Origin: Spartobacteria bacterium
Lineage (GTDB): Bacteria > Verrucomicrobiota > Verrucomicrobiia > Chthoniobacterales > UBA10450
DNA length: 64,000 nt
Direction of reading: 5' to 3'
Assembly: GCA_040007175.1 (NCBI GenBank)
Contig: JBDTVP010000008.1
Span: 1,350-65,349 of the forward strand
The notes beneath the pieces were generated by a model that saw only the letters and a program-made list of their open reading frames with translations, did no database searches and was not told the origin of the DNA. Both the position numbers and the translations under genes were made by a program. Positions 18,748 to 28,124 of this stretch are shown here, one piece after another (position 1 is the stretch's first letter; each line of letters starts with the position of its first letter).

Positions 18748-20232
18748 ATGTCGATCATCACAAAAATCTGTGCGGTTTTTACCCTCTTGTTTCTAATCAG
18801 CTTCACCGCCCGGGCGCAATGGTCGCCGGTTACTTCCGGGACGGCGAACAGCCTCCGTGGCGTGCGCCTCCTTGATTCTGGTGTGGGCTACGCAGTCGGC
18901 GATGCCGGCACGATATTGAAATCGACCGACGCCGGCGCGACCTGGAGTGCGCAGGTTTCCGGAACCACCAAGACGCTCTACGATCTGTATTTTTTCAGTG
19001 ACACGGAAGGCGTCGCGGTGGGCGAAAGCGGGCTAATCCTGCGTACCACCGACGGCGGCGCGAGCTGGGCGGCGGTCAGCAGCGGAGTGCGCGACGGGCT
19101 GCTTTCGGTTTCGTTCAACGGAGCAAACGGGATTTGCGGCGGTTTTTCGCAGGATATTATTTACTCGAGCGATTCGGGCGCGACTTGGAAGGTTTCGCAG
19201 AAAGGTTTTTTCGGGGGCGGCTTTTATGGCGCGCATATGATCAGCCCGACGGTCGGTTTCGTGACCGGGCAAAATTCAATCTTCCAAGGCCTTCAAGGCA
19301 CGACGGTGGACGGCGGCGCGCACTGGACGTTTCATCCCTTCTATTTCAACAATACCGAAGGTAACGCGGACGATTGTTTCTTTTTTGATAGCAACACCGG
19401 CGTGACTTCGGGCGTTCTCTTCGACGGCACCGGTGCGATTGCGCGCACCACCGATGGCGGAACGAATTGGAACTCGGCGCTTTTCCCGCAAGCGATGCAG
19501 GGAATCGATTTTCCTAAACCGGAGGCCGGTTTTGCTGTCGGCTACGTCGGGGCCATCCTGAAATCTTCCGACCTCGGTATCCACTGGACGCCGCAAACCA
19601 GTGGAACGTTTTTCGATCTCTTCGACGTGCACTTCGCCAGCGACGCGCAGACCGGTCTCGCGGTCGGCGCGGCCGGGACTATTCTCCGCACGACGAACGG
19701 CGGAGCGGAAGGCGGCGCGCTGACCCTGCTCGCGGCCGCCTCGCGCAAAGGTCAGTTCGAAATCGACCTGCCGCTCACCGGCACCCCGGGAATCGAATGT
19801 CGCAGCGGCGGACCGAGCGGGCATTTCAAGCTGGCTTTCACCTTCAGCAACGAAATTGTTTCCGTGGATAATGTGACCATCTCCTGCGGCGCGGTCAGCA
19901 GCAGCACGGTCGACAGCGACGACGCGCACCGACTCGTCGTTAGGCTGGACGGCGTCATCTGCAATACCGAGAACGTCACGCTCACCCTGACCGGCGTGCA
20001 CGACGACCTGGGCAACACCCTCGCCTCCGCGTCCGTCCCGATGAGCCTGCTCCTTGGCGACGTGAACGGCGACGGGGCAGTCGATAACGCCGATTCCCAC
20101 GAGGTTAAACTCGACCGCGGCCAAACAACCGACAGCACCAACTTCCGCGCCGACGTGAAAGCGAACGGCCGGATCGACGGGATCGACTTCGCTCTCGTGA
20201 AATCGCAGCTCGGCACAACGCTGTCACCCTGA
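18748..20232 (+). CDS. Secreted BNR/Ycf48-like beta-propeller protein with C-terminal dockerin-like Ca-binding repeats
   Basis: The ATG at 18748 is preceded by AAGGAG. Signal peptide 'ICAVFTLLFLISFTARA'. Repeated 'S.D.G.TW' BNR motifs. C-terminal 'GDVNGDGAVDNAD ... DVKANGRIDGIDF' dockerin-type repeats. Confidence 0.7.
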   Translation: MSIITKICAVFTLLFLISFTARAQWSPVTSGTANSLRGVRLLDSGVGYAVGDAGTILKSTDAGATWSAQVSGTTKTLYDLYFFSDTEGVAVGESGLILRTTDGGASWAAVSSGVRDGLLSVSFNGANGICGGFSQDIIYSSDSGATWKVSQKGFFGGGFYGAHMISPTVGFVTGQNSIFQGLQGTTVDGGAHWTFHPFYFNNTEGNADDCFFFDSNTGVTSGVLFDGTGAIARTTDGGTNWNSALFPQAMQGIDFPKPEAGFAVGYVGAILKSSDLGIHWTPQTSGTFFDLFDVHFASDAQTGLAVGAAGTILRTTNGGAEGGALTLLAAASRKGQFEIDLPLTGTPGIECRSGGPSGHFKLAFTFSNEIVSVDNVTISCGAVSSSTVDSDDAHRLVVRLDGVICNTENVTLTLTGVHDDLGNTLASASVPMSLLLGDVNGDGAVDNADSHEVKLDRGQTTDSTNFRADVKANGRIDGIDFALVKSQLGTTLSP

Positions 20233-20309
20233 TCCCAGCAGGCCAAGAACGGCCGCGGACATTAAAAAATGTTGTAACCGGAGCCAGCCGGCCCGGTCAT
20301 TAACTGTCT

Positions 20310-20516
20310 ATGCCAAACCAGACTCTGGGTTCTAAGCACGACGGCGGACGGCGGTGGGCGAGAACGCTCTTGGTTCTGCTCCTGCTCGGCGGAACGCTCC
20401 TTGGTAGCGGTTGCGCGGACGATGCCTTCCTCCCGCCGCCCGACAATTTACCACCCGGCCAATCCGGGCCGAGTGAGTCAACGGCCGAGCCGCTGCGGCC
20501 GCCGCCAGAACTATAA
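20310..20516 (+). CDS. Possible small lipoprotein (hypothetical)
   Basis: 68 aa with the lipobox-like 'LLGSGC' after a hydrophobic stretch. The tail is Pro-rich. There is no homology evidence. Confidence 0.3.
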   Translation: MPNQTLGSKHDGGRRWARTLLVLLLLGGTLLGSGCADDAFLPPPDNLPPGQSGPSESTAEPLRPPPEL

Positions 20517-20573
20517 AAGTTTCAGGACGCGTTTCCCACCCGGTCGCTTCGGTTGCAGATTCCATCTGCGATC

Positions 20574-21086
20574 ATGAGCAAAGCTTTTACCCGCGAAGAA
20601 AATGACGGACCGGACATTCCGGATCTTCCGCCCTTGGCCTCGACGTTGCCGGAGGGAGCGCGCAATTACATCACGGCCGCCGGTGCAGAGCGGTTGCGTG
20701 AAGAACTTGGCGAACTGGTGAACGATCGCCGGCCGCCGCTCGTCGCCGCGACTAACGATCCCGACGCGAAAAGGCAGATCGCCGCGCTCGATCAACGCAT
20801 CTTCCAACTCGAACAAAGTCTCCAAACCGCGGAAGTCGTCTCGCCACCGGAAGGCGAACTCGACACGGTCCGCTTCGGCGCCACGGTCACAGTCCACGAG
20901 CCAAGCGGCGAAGAATCTACCTACCGCATCGTCGGGGTGGACGAGACCGATTTCGATCGCGGCTGGGTCAGCATGCAATCGCCCATTGCCCGCGCGCTGC
21001 TCAACGCGCGACTCGGCGAACGGGTCCGCTTTCGCTCTCCTGCCGGTGAAACGGTTTTGGAAATCGTCGCGGTGGAATATCGCTAG
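20574..21086 (+). CDS. GreA/GreB-family transcription elongation factor-like protein
   Basis: 170 aa starting 'MSKAFTREEN'. It has a coiled-coil N-terminal half and a C-terminal 'YRIVGVDE...SPIARALL' Gre C-terminal domain pattern. Confidence 0.8.
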   Translation: MSKAFTREENDGPDIPDLPPLASTLPEGARNYITAAGAERLREELGELVNDRRPPLVAATNDPDAKRQIAALDQRIFQLEQSLQTAEVVSPPEGELDTVRFGATVTVHEPSGEESTYRIVGVDETDFDRGWVSMQSPIARALLNARLGERVRFRSPAGETVLEIVAVEYR

Positions 21087-21153
21087 CGACCGGCGGGAAA
21101 GATCAGCGCGGTTTCAGATCGACATCGGGCCGCACTCCCGGCTCAATCGCACG

Positions 21154-22830
21154 ATGATTCGCACTTTCCTTTTCGGCGCCCTTTGCAGTTCGATGATGGT
21201 CCACTGTCTCGCCGCGCAGGACTTCGATGTCCTGATCAAGAACGGCACGGTTTACGACGGCCAAGGCGGGGAAGGCCGACAGGCAGACGTCGCGTTAAAA
21301 GGGGATCGGATCGCCGGTGTCGGCGATTTCAAGAACGCCAAAGCCGGCCTAACGATCGACGCGAGTGGCCTGGCGGTGGCGCCGGGATTCATCAACATGC
21401 TCTCGTGGTCGACTGAATCGCTGATTGCCGACGGCCGTTCGCAAAGCGAGATCCGGCAGGGCGTGACGACCGAGATCATGGGCGAAGGCGAATCAATGGG
21501 CCCGGTCAATGACGCGGTCCGCGCGAAAATGCTGCGCGACCAGAAGGACATTCATTACGACATCACCTGGAAGACACTGGCTGGATATCTCGGCTTCCTC
21601 GAGAAGCGCGGTGTCTCCTGCAACGTCGCGTCGTTCATCGGCGCGACCACGATTCGCGAGAACGTCATCGGCTTCGAAGACAAGGCGCCCATCCCGGAGC
21701 AGCTCGACGCAATGCGCGAGCTCGTTAGGCAGGAAATGGAAGCGGGTGCGCTTGGGATCGGCACCTCGCTGATTTATCCGCCGGCTTTTTATGCAAAAAC
21801 GCCAGAGTTGATCGAGCTCTGCAAAGTCGCAGCCAAATATCAGGGCAAATACATCTCGCATCTGCGGAGTGAAGGAAATCAGTTGCTCCAGGCGCTCGAT
21901 GAACTCATCCAGATCAGCCGCGAAGCGAAAATTCCGGCGGAGGTTTACCACATCAAGGCGGCCGGGGAATCGAACTGGCCGTTGCTCGACGCCGCGCTCG
22001 CGAAAATCGAAGCCGCACAAAAAGACGGGCTCAAGATCACGGCCGATATGTACACCTACACTGCCGCTGGCACCGGGCTCGATGCCTGTCTCCCGCCTTG
22101 GACGGAGGACGGCGGTTATCCGGCGCTTTTCAAGCGTCTGCGCGACCCGGCCACCCGGGAAAAAATCGCGGCGCAGGTGAAGACACCAAGCGACGAATGG
22201 GAAAACCTTTATCTCGCGGCCGGCTCGCCGGAGAAGCTCTTGCTCGTCGGTTTTAAGTCGGCAAAACTGAAACCGCTGACCGGAAAATCGCTCGCCGAGG
22301 TGGCCAAAATGCGGGGCAAAGATCCAATCGAAACGATCATGGACCTGATCGCGGAAGATGAATCCCGGATCGAATCGATCTACTTCCTGATGTCGGAAGA
22401 AAACATACGCAAGAAAGTCGCGAAATCGTGGATCTCGTTCGGCTCGGACGAAGCCTCGCAGGCGCCGGAAGGGGTCTTCCTGAAATCGAATCCACATCCG
22501 CGGGCCTACGGGAACTTCGCGCGGGTCCTCGGGAAATATGTGCGGGAGGAAAAAGTAATTTTGTTAGGCGAAGCGATCCGGCGCCTGAGTGCTCTGCCCG
22601 CGTCCAATCTCGGGCTCGACCATCGCGGCCTGCTCGAGAAAGGAATGTTTGCCGATGTCGTGGTCTTCGATCCGAAGACGGTGGGCGACCGCGCGACCTT
22701 CGCGAAACCGCATCAATATGCGGTCGGGATGAAGCAGGTTTTCGTGAACGGAAAACAGGTCCTGAAGGATGGCGAGCACACCGGCGCGAAGCCGGGACGC
22801 GCACTCTGGGGTCCGGGCAAGGTTCGTTAG
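21154..22830 (+). CDS. N-acyl-D-amino-acid deacylase (D-aminoacylase) family amidohydrolase, secreted
   Basis: Signal peptide followed by 'DVLIKNGTVYDG...DVALKGDRIAGVGD...IDASGLAVAPGFINMLSW', characteristic of D-aminoacylases. The stop TAG lies inside TCGTTAGG. Confidence 0.85.
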   Translation: MIRTFLFGALCSSMMVHCLAAQDFDVLIKNGTVYDGQGGEGRQADVALKGDRIAGVGDFKNAKAGLTIDASGLAVAPGFINMLSWSTESLIADGRSQSEIRQGVTTEIMGEGESMGPVNDAVRAKMLRDQKDIHYDITWKTLAGYLGFLEKRGVSCNVASFIGATTIRENVIGFEDKAPIPEQLDAMRELVRQEMEAGALGIGTSLIYPPAFYAKTPELIELCKVAAKYQGKYISHLRSEGNQLLQALDELIQISREAKIPAEVYHIKAAGESNWPLLDAALAKIEAAQKDGLKITADMYTYTAAGTGLDACLPPWTEDGGYPALFKRLRDPATREKIAAQVKTPSDEWENLYLAAGSPEKLLLVGFKSAKLKPLTGKSLAEVAKMRGKDPIETIMDLIAEDESRIESIYFLMSEENIRKKVAKSWISFGSDEASQAPEGVFLKSNPHPRAYGNFARVLGKYVREEKVILLGEAIRRLSALPASNLGLDHRGLLEKGMFADVVVFDPKTVGDRATFAKPHQYAVGMKQVFVNGKQVLKDGEHTGAKPGRALWGPGKVR

Positions 22831-22905
22831 GCCGGTCGAGCCGCAAAGGTGGCCGGAGCGGACGGTGGATGGACAAGGTGGGGACGCGACCTATTGGTTT
22901 GCTCC

Positions 22906-25071
22906 ATGACCCGTCGCCTTTTTCTCGCACTCCTTCTCACGTTTTCACTTTGCGCGGGTGCCTCCGCAAAAGACGCCGCAGCGAAATCGAAATACCCGGA
23001 AGCCCGCAAGGATAAGCAGGTCGACGATTATCACGGGACGAAGGTAGCCGATCCCTATCGCTGGCTGGAGGACCCGGATTCGGCCGCATCGCGCAAATGG
23101 ATCGAAGCGGAGAACAAGATCACTTTCCAATTTCTCGACGCGATCCCGCAGCGCGCGGCGATCAAAGCGCGCCTCAAGGAGCTTTGGGATTACGAGCGCT
23201 ACGGCGTGCCATCCAAAGAAGAGGCGCGTTATTTTTTCAACAAGAACAGCGGCCTGCAAAACCAAAGCGTCGTTTACACGACCGAGGATTTTGCCCAGCC
23301 GCCACGCGCGTTGCTCGATCCCAACACGCTCACGGCCGACGGCACGATGGCGTTGAGCGGTAGCGCGGTGAGCGAGGACGGAAAACTTTTCGCCTACGGC
23401 CTCGAGACGGCGGGCTCGGATTGGCAGAAATGGAAAGTGCGTGATGTCGCGACGGGAAAAGATCAGCCAGACAAACTCGACTGGATCAAATTCTCGAGCG
23501 CGTCCTGGAAGAAGGACGGGAGCGGATTTTTCTATAGCCGCTACGCCGAACCGAAGGGTGAAAACAAACTGCGCGCGCAGGTTTACAACCAAAAATTATA
23601 CTTCCACAAACTCGGCGCAGCACAGGCCGAGGACAAACTGGTCTACGAGCGGCCCGACCATAAGGATTGGCTCTTCGGCGGCGAGGTGACCGAGGACGGG
23701 AAGTTCTTCATCATCGAAGTCAGCAAAGGGACCGACCCGAAAAATCGCATCTTCTACCAGAATCTGACGAAACCGGACGCGAAGGTGGTGGAACTCCTGC
23801 CTAACGGCGATGCGGCCTACCGTTTCATCGGAAACGAGGGCGCGACTTTCTGGTTCCGGACCGACTTGAACGCCCCGCTTGGACGGGTCATCGCGATTGA
23901 CACGACGCAGCCGTTGCCGGTTCAGCCTAACGAATTGATCGCCGAAGCGCCGAACAAGCTGGAAAGCGTCGGCCTGGTCGGCGACCGGTTCATCGCTGAG
24001 TACCTGAAAGACGCGCACAGCCTGGTGAAGCGCTTCAAGGTCGACGGCTCGCCCGATGGTGAGATCGCACTCCCCGGCCTCGGCTCCGCCGGCGGTTTTA
24101 ACGGCAAGCGCACGGATCGCGAGACGTTTTATTCCTTCACCAGCTTCACGACTCCGACGACGATTTATCGCTACGACTTCGGGACGGGCAAGAGCGAGGC
24201 GCTTTTCACTCCGAAAGTGAAGTTTAACCCCGACGACTACACCACTGAGCAGGTCTTCTATGCGAGCGCCGACGGGACAAAGGTGCCGATCTTCATTTCC
24301 TACAAGAAGGGACTGAAGAAGGATGGGCAGAATCCCACCTACCTCTACGGCTACGGCGGATTCGACATCTCGCTCAGCCCTTCTTTCAATCCTGCCAACC
24401 TCGTCTGGATGGAAATGGGCGGCATCTACGCCGTGGCCAACCTGCGCGGTGGCGGTGAATACGGGGAGAAATGGCACGAGGCCGGGATGAAGCATGAGAA
24501 ACAAAACGTCTTCAACGATTTCATCGGCGCCGCGCAATATTTGATCGACAACAAATACACCTCGACCCCGAAACTGGCGATCGGTGGCGGAAGCAACGGC
24601 GGTCTGCTGGTCGGCGCCTGCCTGACGCAACGGCCCGATCTCTTCGGCGCGGCCACGCCCGCGGTCGGCGTGATGGATATGCTGCGTTTCCAGAAATTCA
24701 CGATTGGCTGGGCCTGGGCTTCGGATTACGGGAGCTCGGATAACGCGGAGGATTTTCCGTTTCTCTACGCCTACTCACCGCTCCATCACATCGCGCCCGG
24801 CACGAACTATCCCGCAACGCTGATCACGACCGCCGATCACGACGATCGCGTCGTGCCGGCGCACAGTTTCAAATTCGCGGCGACTTTGCAGGCTGCGCAG
24901 GCCGGCCCGGCTCCGATCCTGATCCGGATCGAGACCAAAGCCGGTCACGGGGCGGGCAAGCCGACGACCAAGATCATCGACGAGATCGGCGATCGCTGGG
25001 CCTTCCTGGCCAAGGTGCTCGAGATGAAGCCGTCGACCGACGCCAGTCCGGCGCCTTTGCCTAACGAGTAG
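22906..25071 (+). CDS. Prolyl oligopeptidase (S9A prolyl endopeptidase)
   Basis: 'DDYHGTKVADPYRWLED' N-terminal signature, a beta-propeller middle region and the C-terminal catalytic 'GGSNGGLL' Ser motif. Confidence 0.92.
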   Translation: MTRRLFLALLLTFSLCAGASAKDAAAKSKYPEARKDKQVDDYHGTKVADPYRWLEDPDSAASRKWIEAENKITFQFLDAIPQRAAIKARLKELWDYERYGVPSKEEARYFFNKNSGLQNQSVVYTTEDFAQPPRALLDPNTLTADGTMALSGSAVSEDGKLFAYGLETAGSDWQKWKVRDVATGKDQPDKLDWIKFSSASWKKDGSGFFYSRYAEPKGENKLRAQVYNQKLYFHKLGAAQAEDKLVYERPDHKDWLFGGEVTEDGKFFIIEVSKGTDPKNRIFYQNLTKPDAKVVELLPNGDAAYRFIGNEGATFWFRTDLNAPLGRVIAIDTTQPLPVQPNELIAEAPNKLESVGLVGDRFIAEYLKDAHSLVKRFKVDGSPDGEIALPGLGSAGGFNGKRTDRETFYSFTSFTTPTTIYRYDFGTGKSEALFTPKVKFNPDDYTTEQVFYASADGTKVPIFISYKKGLKKDGQNPTYLYGYGGFDISLSPSFNPANLVWMEMGGIYAVANLRGGGEYGEKWHEAGMKHEKQNVFNDFIGAAQYLIDNKYTSTPKLAIGGGSNGGLLVGACLTQRPDLFGAATPAVGVMDMLRFQKFTIGWAWASDYGSSDNAEDFPFLYAYSPLHHIAPGTNYPATLITTADHDDRVVPAHSFKFAATLQAAQAGPAPILIRIETKAGHGAGKPTTKIIDEIGDRWAFLAKVLEMKPSTDASPAPLPNE

Positions 25072-25091
25072 CGATTCGCCCGCCGCAGCCC

Positions 25092-26183
25092 TTATTGATT
25101 GAGCGCGTAGACTTCGAAGAGACCGACACCGCTCGCGCCCGTCGCGCTTCGGATGACGACCGAGTAAGCGCCCGGCGCCAAGGTCGAGACGATCGCGGCT
25201 TCCCGGCGGTCCGAGGGCTGCAGCGTGGTCGCAGTGATTTCCGCCGCATGGTCGCTCTGCCAATTATCATTCGCGTCCAGGAGAGTGCCGTTGCTGTTGT
25301 AAAGCTCCAGATTGGGATCGAGTAAGGCGTTCGCGACTCCGGCCGGGATGAGCGACGGGCCTACCGCCCGCACAATCACCGGCGTCGGGGACGTGCCGCT
25401 CAGAATGAAACCGCCGATCATCGCTCGGTCTCCTGGTTCCACCCGGCTGCGGGTCGAAATATTCGCGATCCGACCAGTGTCCGGTTCGAGATCATAAAGT
25501 TCAAACAGGGCCACACCGGACGAGCCGCCCTGACCGCTCACGATGGCGCTGTAAGCGCCGGGATCAAGGGCGACAACGAGCGCCGCTTCGCGCGCATCCG
25601 AGGGTGCGAGCCCGATCCCACTGACTTCTTCTCCGGGCACGTTCCAATTGTCGTTCGTGGCGACGGTCGCCCCGCTGGAGTTCACGATCTGAAGAACCGG
25701 ATCAGCCAACGCACCCGTCACGCCCGCAGCGGTCAAGGAAGGGCCGATGGCACGCAGACCGACTTTCTTAGGCACAACGCCGTCGACGATGAAGCCGCCG
25801 ATCATGACGTTCTCGCCGGTTTGCACCAGAGTGCGGCTGGAAATGTTGGCCAAAACCGCGGTCGGAATCGCGCGCGTGGAACCGACTGTGTAGGAGAGAG
25901 GCTGTGAGTAGGAACTTTCCACTCCCGAAGTATTGTAGGCGGTGACGGCAAAAGTGTAAGTCACTCCGAATTGGAGGTTATTGATGGTTGCGGCGGTTTT
26001 CGCGACGTCGACCAAGCTGCCATAGGGCGCGGAGGCCGTTCCGTAATGGACCCGATAGCCAGCGATGTCGGATTCGGAGTTGGCGTTCCAAGTGAGATTA
26101 AGATCTGCGGCCTGTGCAGCGCAGGCGGAAAATAAGGCGAGAGAAAGGGCCGCGAGAAAGTGAGATCGAGTGAGGAGATACAT
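25092..26183 (-). CDS. Secreted protein: FN3 domain followed by two tandem ~120-aa repeats of an uncharacterised beta-rich domain
   Basis: Signal peptide. FN3-like 'LTWNANSESDIAGYRVHYG...YTFAVTAYN'. Two copies follow of 'ANIS(S/T)R..V..G....IGGFI..G....V..RA.GPSL...GV...L.DP.L......G......NDNW...........L.PSD.REAA.V..L.PGAYS......G.SGV.LFE.Y.L' (about 25479-25853 and 25095-25466). Confidence 0.75.
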   Translation of the reverse strand: MYLLTRSHFLAALSLALFSACAAQAADLNLTWNANSESDIAGYRVHYGTASAPYGSLVDVAKTAATINNLQFGVTYTFAVTAYNTSGVESSYSQPLSYTVGSTRAIPTAVLANISSRTLVQTGENVMIGGFIVDGVVPKKVGLRAIGPSLTAAGVTGALADPVLQIVNSSGATVATNDNWNVPGEEVSGIGLAPSDAREAALVVALDPGAYSAIVSGQGGSSGVALFELYDLEPDTGRIANISTRSRVEPGDRAMIGGFILSGTSPTPVIVRAVGPSLIPAGVANALLDPNLELYNSNGTLLDANDNWQSDHAAEITATTLQPSDRREAAIVSTLAPGAYSVVIRSATGASGVGLFEVYALNQ

Positions 26184-26235
26184 ATTATGGATATATATTT
26201 TCTATAATTACCATAAGCAACATCTGTGCCTGAAC
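26184..26235 (-). promoter_or_regulatory. Strongly AT-rich putative promoter/5' UTR of the FN3 protein gene
   Basis: On the minus strand it reads GGTAATTATAGAAAATATATATCCATAAT-ATG. The AT-richness is conspicuous against the ~60% GC background, and TATAAT-like hexamers are present. Confidence 0.3.
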
Positions 26236-26375
26236 CGTGTCAGCGGGAGGCTAGGCTGCGGATAAAATGAGCGCGCCGAAAAGTCAGCGTTAAATCGTCG
26301 ATCTAAAAAATATCGATGGTCGCAAAGACGACCCCTAAACACGGCCTGCGTCTTGCTTCTAACAGATTCGGAACC

Positions 26376-26771
26376 ATGAGAGAATCATTGCAAATACTGG
26401 CGGTCGAAGACGAAAAAGCGGTGGCCCAGATCCTGGCAGTCGTGTTGGGCGGTCCGATGTCCATTGTCACCCGCGCCGCGGACGGCTGGGAAGCACTGAT
26501 CAAGGTTGCGGCGACGTCGCGGCCTTTCGACCTCGTGATCACTGATCACCGCATGCCCCGAATGGGTGGCCTGGAACTGGTGCGACGATTGCGGACGCGC
26601 AAATTTGACGGCAAAATCATGGTTCTCTCGGCCCATCTCTCCGACGAGGACATTCGCGCTTACGAAGAACTCCACGTGGACATGATGATGTCCAAGCCGT
26701 TCGACTTCAACGAGATCCAAGACGCGGTCGCCGTCCTGACCAAAGGCGCATCCGTCGCGGTCGCCGCCTGA
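26376..26771 (+). CDS. Stand-alone response regulator receiver (CheY-like) protein
   Basis: 'ILAVEDEKA', 'DLVITDHRMPRMGG' (phospho-acceptor Asp) and 'MMSKPF' (conserved Lys). There is no output domain. Confidence 0.85.
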   Translation: MRESLQILAVEDEKAVAQILAVVLGGPMSIVTRAADGWEALIKVAATSRPFDLVITDHRMPRMGGLELVRRLRTRKFDGKIMVLSAHLSDEDIRAYEELHVDMMMSKPFDFNEIQDAVAVLTKGASVAVAA

Positions 26772-26885
26772 CACTTTCGGCCCGCGCCTTCCGCATCGCG
26801 GCAGAGCCTGCCCGACACGCTCCAAAGGAGGAGCTTTTCACTTGCTGGGAAACCGCCTCCTCGCGATAGTTCGCCTCGCTGGCGC

Positions 26886-26958
26886 GGGGGTATAGCTCAG
26901 TTGGTAGAGCGTCTCGTTCGCAATGAGAAGGTCAGGGGTTCGAATCCCCTTACCTCCA
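26886..26958 (+). tRNA. tRNA-Ala (anticodon CGC)
   Basis: Hand-folded cloverleaf: acceptor GGGGGTA/TACCTCC with the G3:U70 Ala identity pair, D-arm GCTC/GAGC, anticodon loop TTCGCAA, T-arm AGGGG-TTCGAAT-CCCCT, discriminator A. CCA is not encoded. Confidence 0.93.
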
Positions 26959-26977
26959 GTCCGCCGGCCGATTTTCT

Positions 26978-28009
26978 TCAGCTCGCCGGGATGATTTCCG
27001 GGGCCGGAGCGCTCGGTCGTTGCATCGCCAGAGAATCCACAATCTGCTGCACGCGCGCTCCAGTTCCGCGCTCGAAAAGGAAGATGGAGCCCGGGCCTTT
27101 TCCGTCCGGGGCGATGACGAGATTCTCGGAGAGAAACTTCGGCTCACGGGAAGCTATGTTGCCCTCCAAATTAATCGTTAGCGCGCGCCGGCCCCAGCTC
27201 TTTCGCGCCACGAAGGTGAGTTTGCCGGGATCTTCACAGGTCGCGATCAGCACCCCGGACGAATTTGCCGGCACCCCGCGGACGCGCTTCGCAACGCAGG
27301 GCACCGCCCAGGCGACCGTTTCGCCTAACAAGTTCTCTTTTTTGAAAACGGAGGCGTAGCGCGAGGGCAGGGTCGTGGGCAACGTCTGCTCCGCGTCGCG
27401 GTCAGCTGGGCCGTTCAGCTTTTTCCAGATGAGCCAGAGTTTCACCCTGACCGCGCGAAAGATTTTCGGCGCGAAATAGAGAATGATCGAGAGAAGAAGA
27501 ACGAAGACCCCGAGAGCCCAGACTGGATTAAAATGAATCAGCGCCAACCCGCCGACGACGGCGGCGTCTTCCAGCAGGCTGAGCCCGATATTCGAGAACG
27601 GTTCGGGAGAGGCGTTCGTGACCAGACGGGTCGAAGCCTTCGCGGAATGGGTCACGAGGCTCGCGCCGCCCGCCGCCAGGGCCACGACGACGTCGAACGC
27701 GGGAGTGGTTTGACCGAGAACGCGGATGGCGAGGAGCGCACCCCCAATCGGTCGAATGATCGTATGGACGGTATCCCAGGCCGAGTCGACCCAGGGGATT
27801 TTGTCGGCGAAAAACTCGAGCACATAGAGAGTGCCGGCGATCCAGAGAATGAGCGGGTTGCCGAGAATGGCGAGCGATTGGTAGGCCGGGGCGAGGACGA
27901 TCCAGTGCTGGTTGATCGCGAGACCCGTGACGAAGACCGTCAGGTAAAGATTCACGCCGGCGAGGCAGGCGAGGCCGAGCGCGACGCCGAGCAGCTTGAG
28001 CTGGTCCAC
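26978..28009 (-). CDS. DUF4126-like membrane protein with C-terminal soluble (PH-like?) domain
   Basis: 343 aa. The N-terminal ~190 aa is hydrophobic ('LLGVALGLACLAGVNLYLTVFVTGLAI'), as in DUF4126. The C-terminal 130 aa is hydrophilic and of unknown function. Confidence 0.6.
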   Translation of the reverse strand: MDQLKLLGVALGLACLAGVNLYLTVFVTGLAINQHWIVLAPAYQSLAILGNPLILWIAGTLYVLEFFADKIPWVDSAWDTVHTIIRPIGGALLAIRVLGQTTPAFDVVVALAAGGASLVTHSAKASTRLVTNASPEPFSNIGLSLLEDAAVVGGLALIHFNPVWALGVFVLLLSIILYFAPKIFRAVRVKLWLIWKKLNGPADRDAEQTLPTTLPSRYASVFKKENLLGETVAWAVPCVAKRVRGVPANSSGVLIATCEDPGKLTFVARKSWGRRALTINLEGNIASREPKFLSENLVIAPDGKGPGSIFLFERGTGARVQQIVDSLAMQRPSAPAPEIIPAS

Positions 28010-28067
28010 GCGGGAAGTATGCGGGCGCAGACAGGGAAGTCACGCGCTTTCGCAGCCGAGACTTTGC

Positions 28068-28117
28068 GAGGATTTGGAGGATTAAAATCTTGTTAATCCT
28101 GCTAATCCTGTCTTTTT
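28068..28117 (+). promoter_or_regulatory. Composite inverted repeat (2x GAGGATT / 2x AATCCT) plus T-run immediately upstream of serS
   Basis: GAGGATT-tg-GAGGATT-aaaatcttgtt-AATCCT-gct-AATCCT-g-TCTTTTT, ending 8 nt before the serS ATG. It sits in the divergent promoter region. Confidence 0.3.
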
Positions 28118-28124
28118 CCTGCCC

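Noticed and set aside
20986-21153. Long N-terminal extensions in the ORF track (for example 20986, 22849, 30249, 37053, 39546, 18613 and 12124)
   Set aside because: The extensions overlap upstream genes or lack signal-peptide or homology logic. Internal ATG starts give canonical N-termini (signal peptides, 'MKTDIHPDY', 'MDKILVHGG' and others).
26901-27359. 152-aa ORF starting inside tRNA-Ala, and ORF 33045-33266 across tRNA-Leu
   Set aside because: The N-terminal peptides ('VERLVRNEKVRGSNP', 'GVEPPRVSPYGSEP') are the usual artefactual translations of tRNA sequence. The remainder is antisense to real genes or intergenic.
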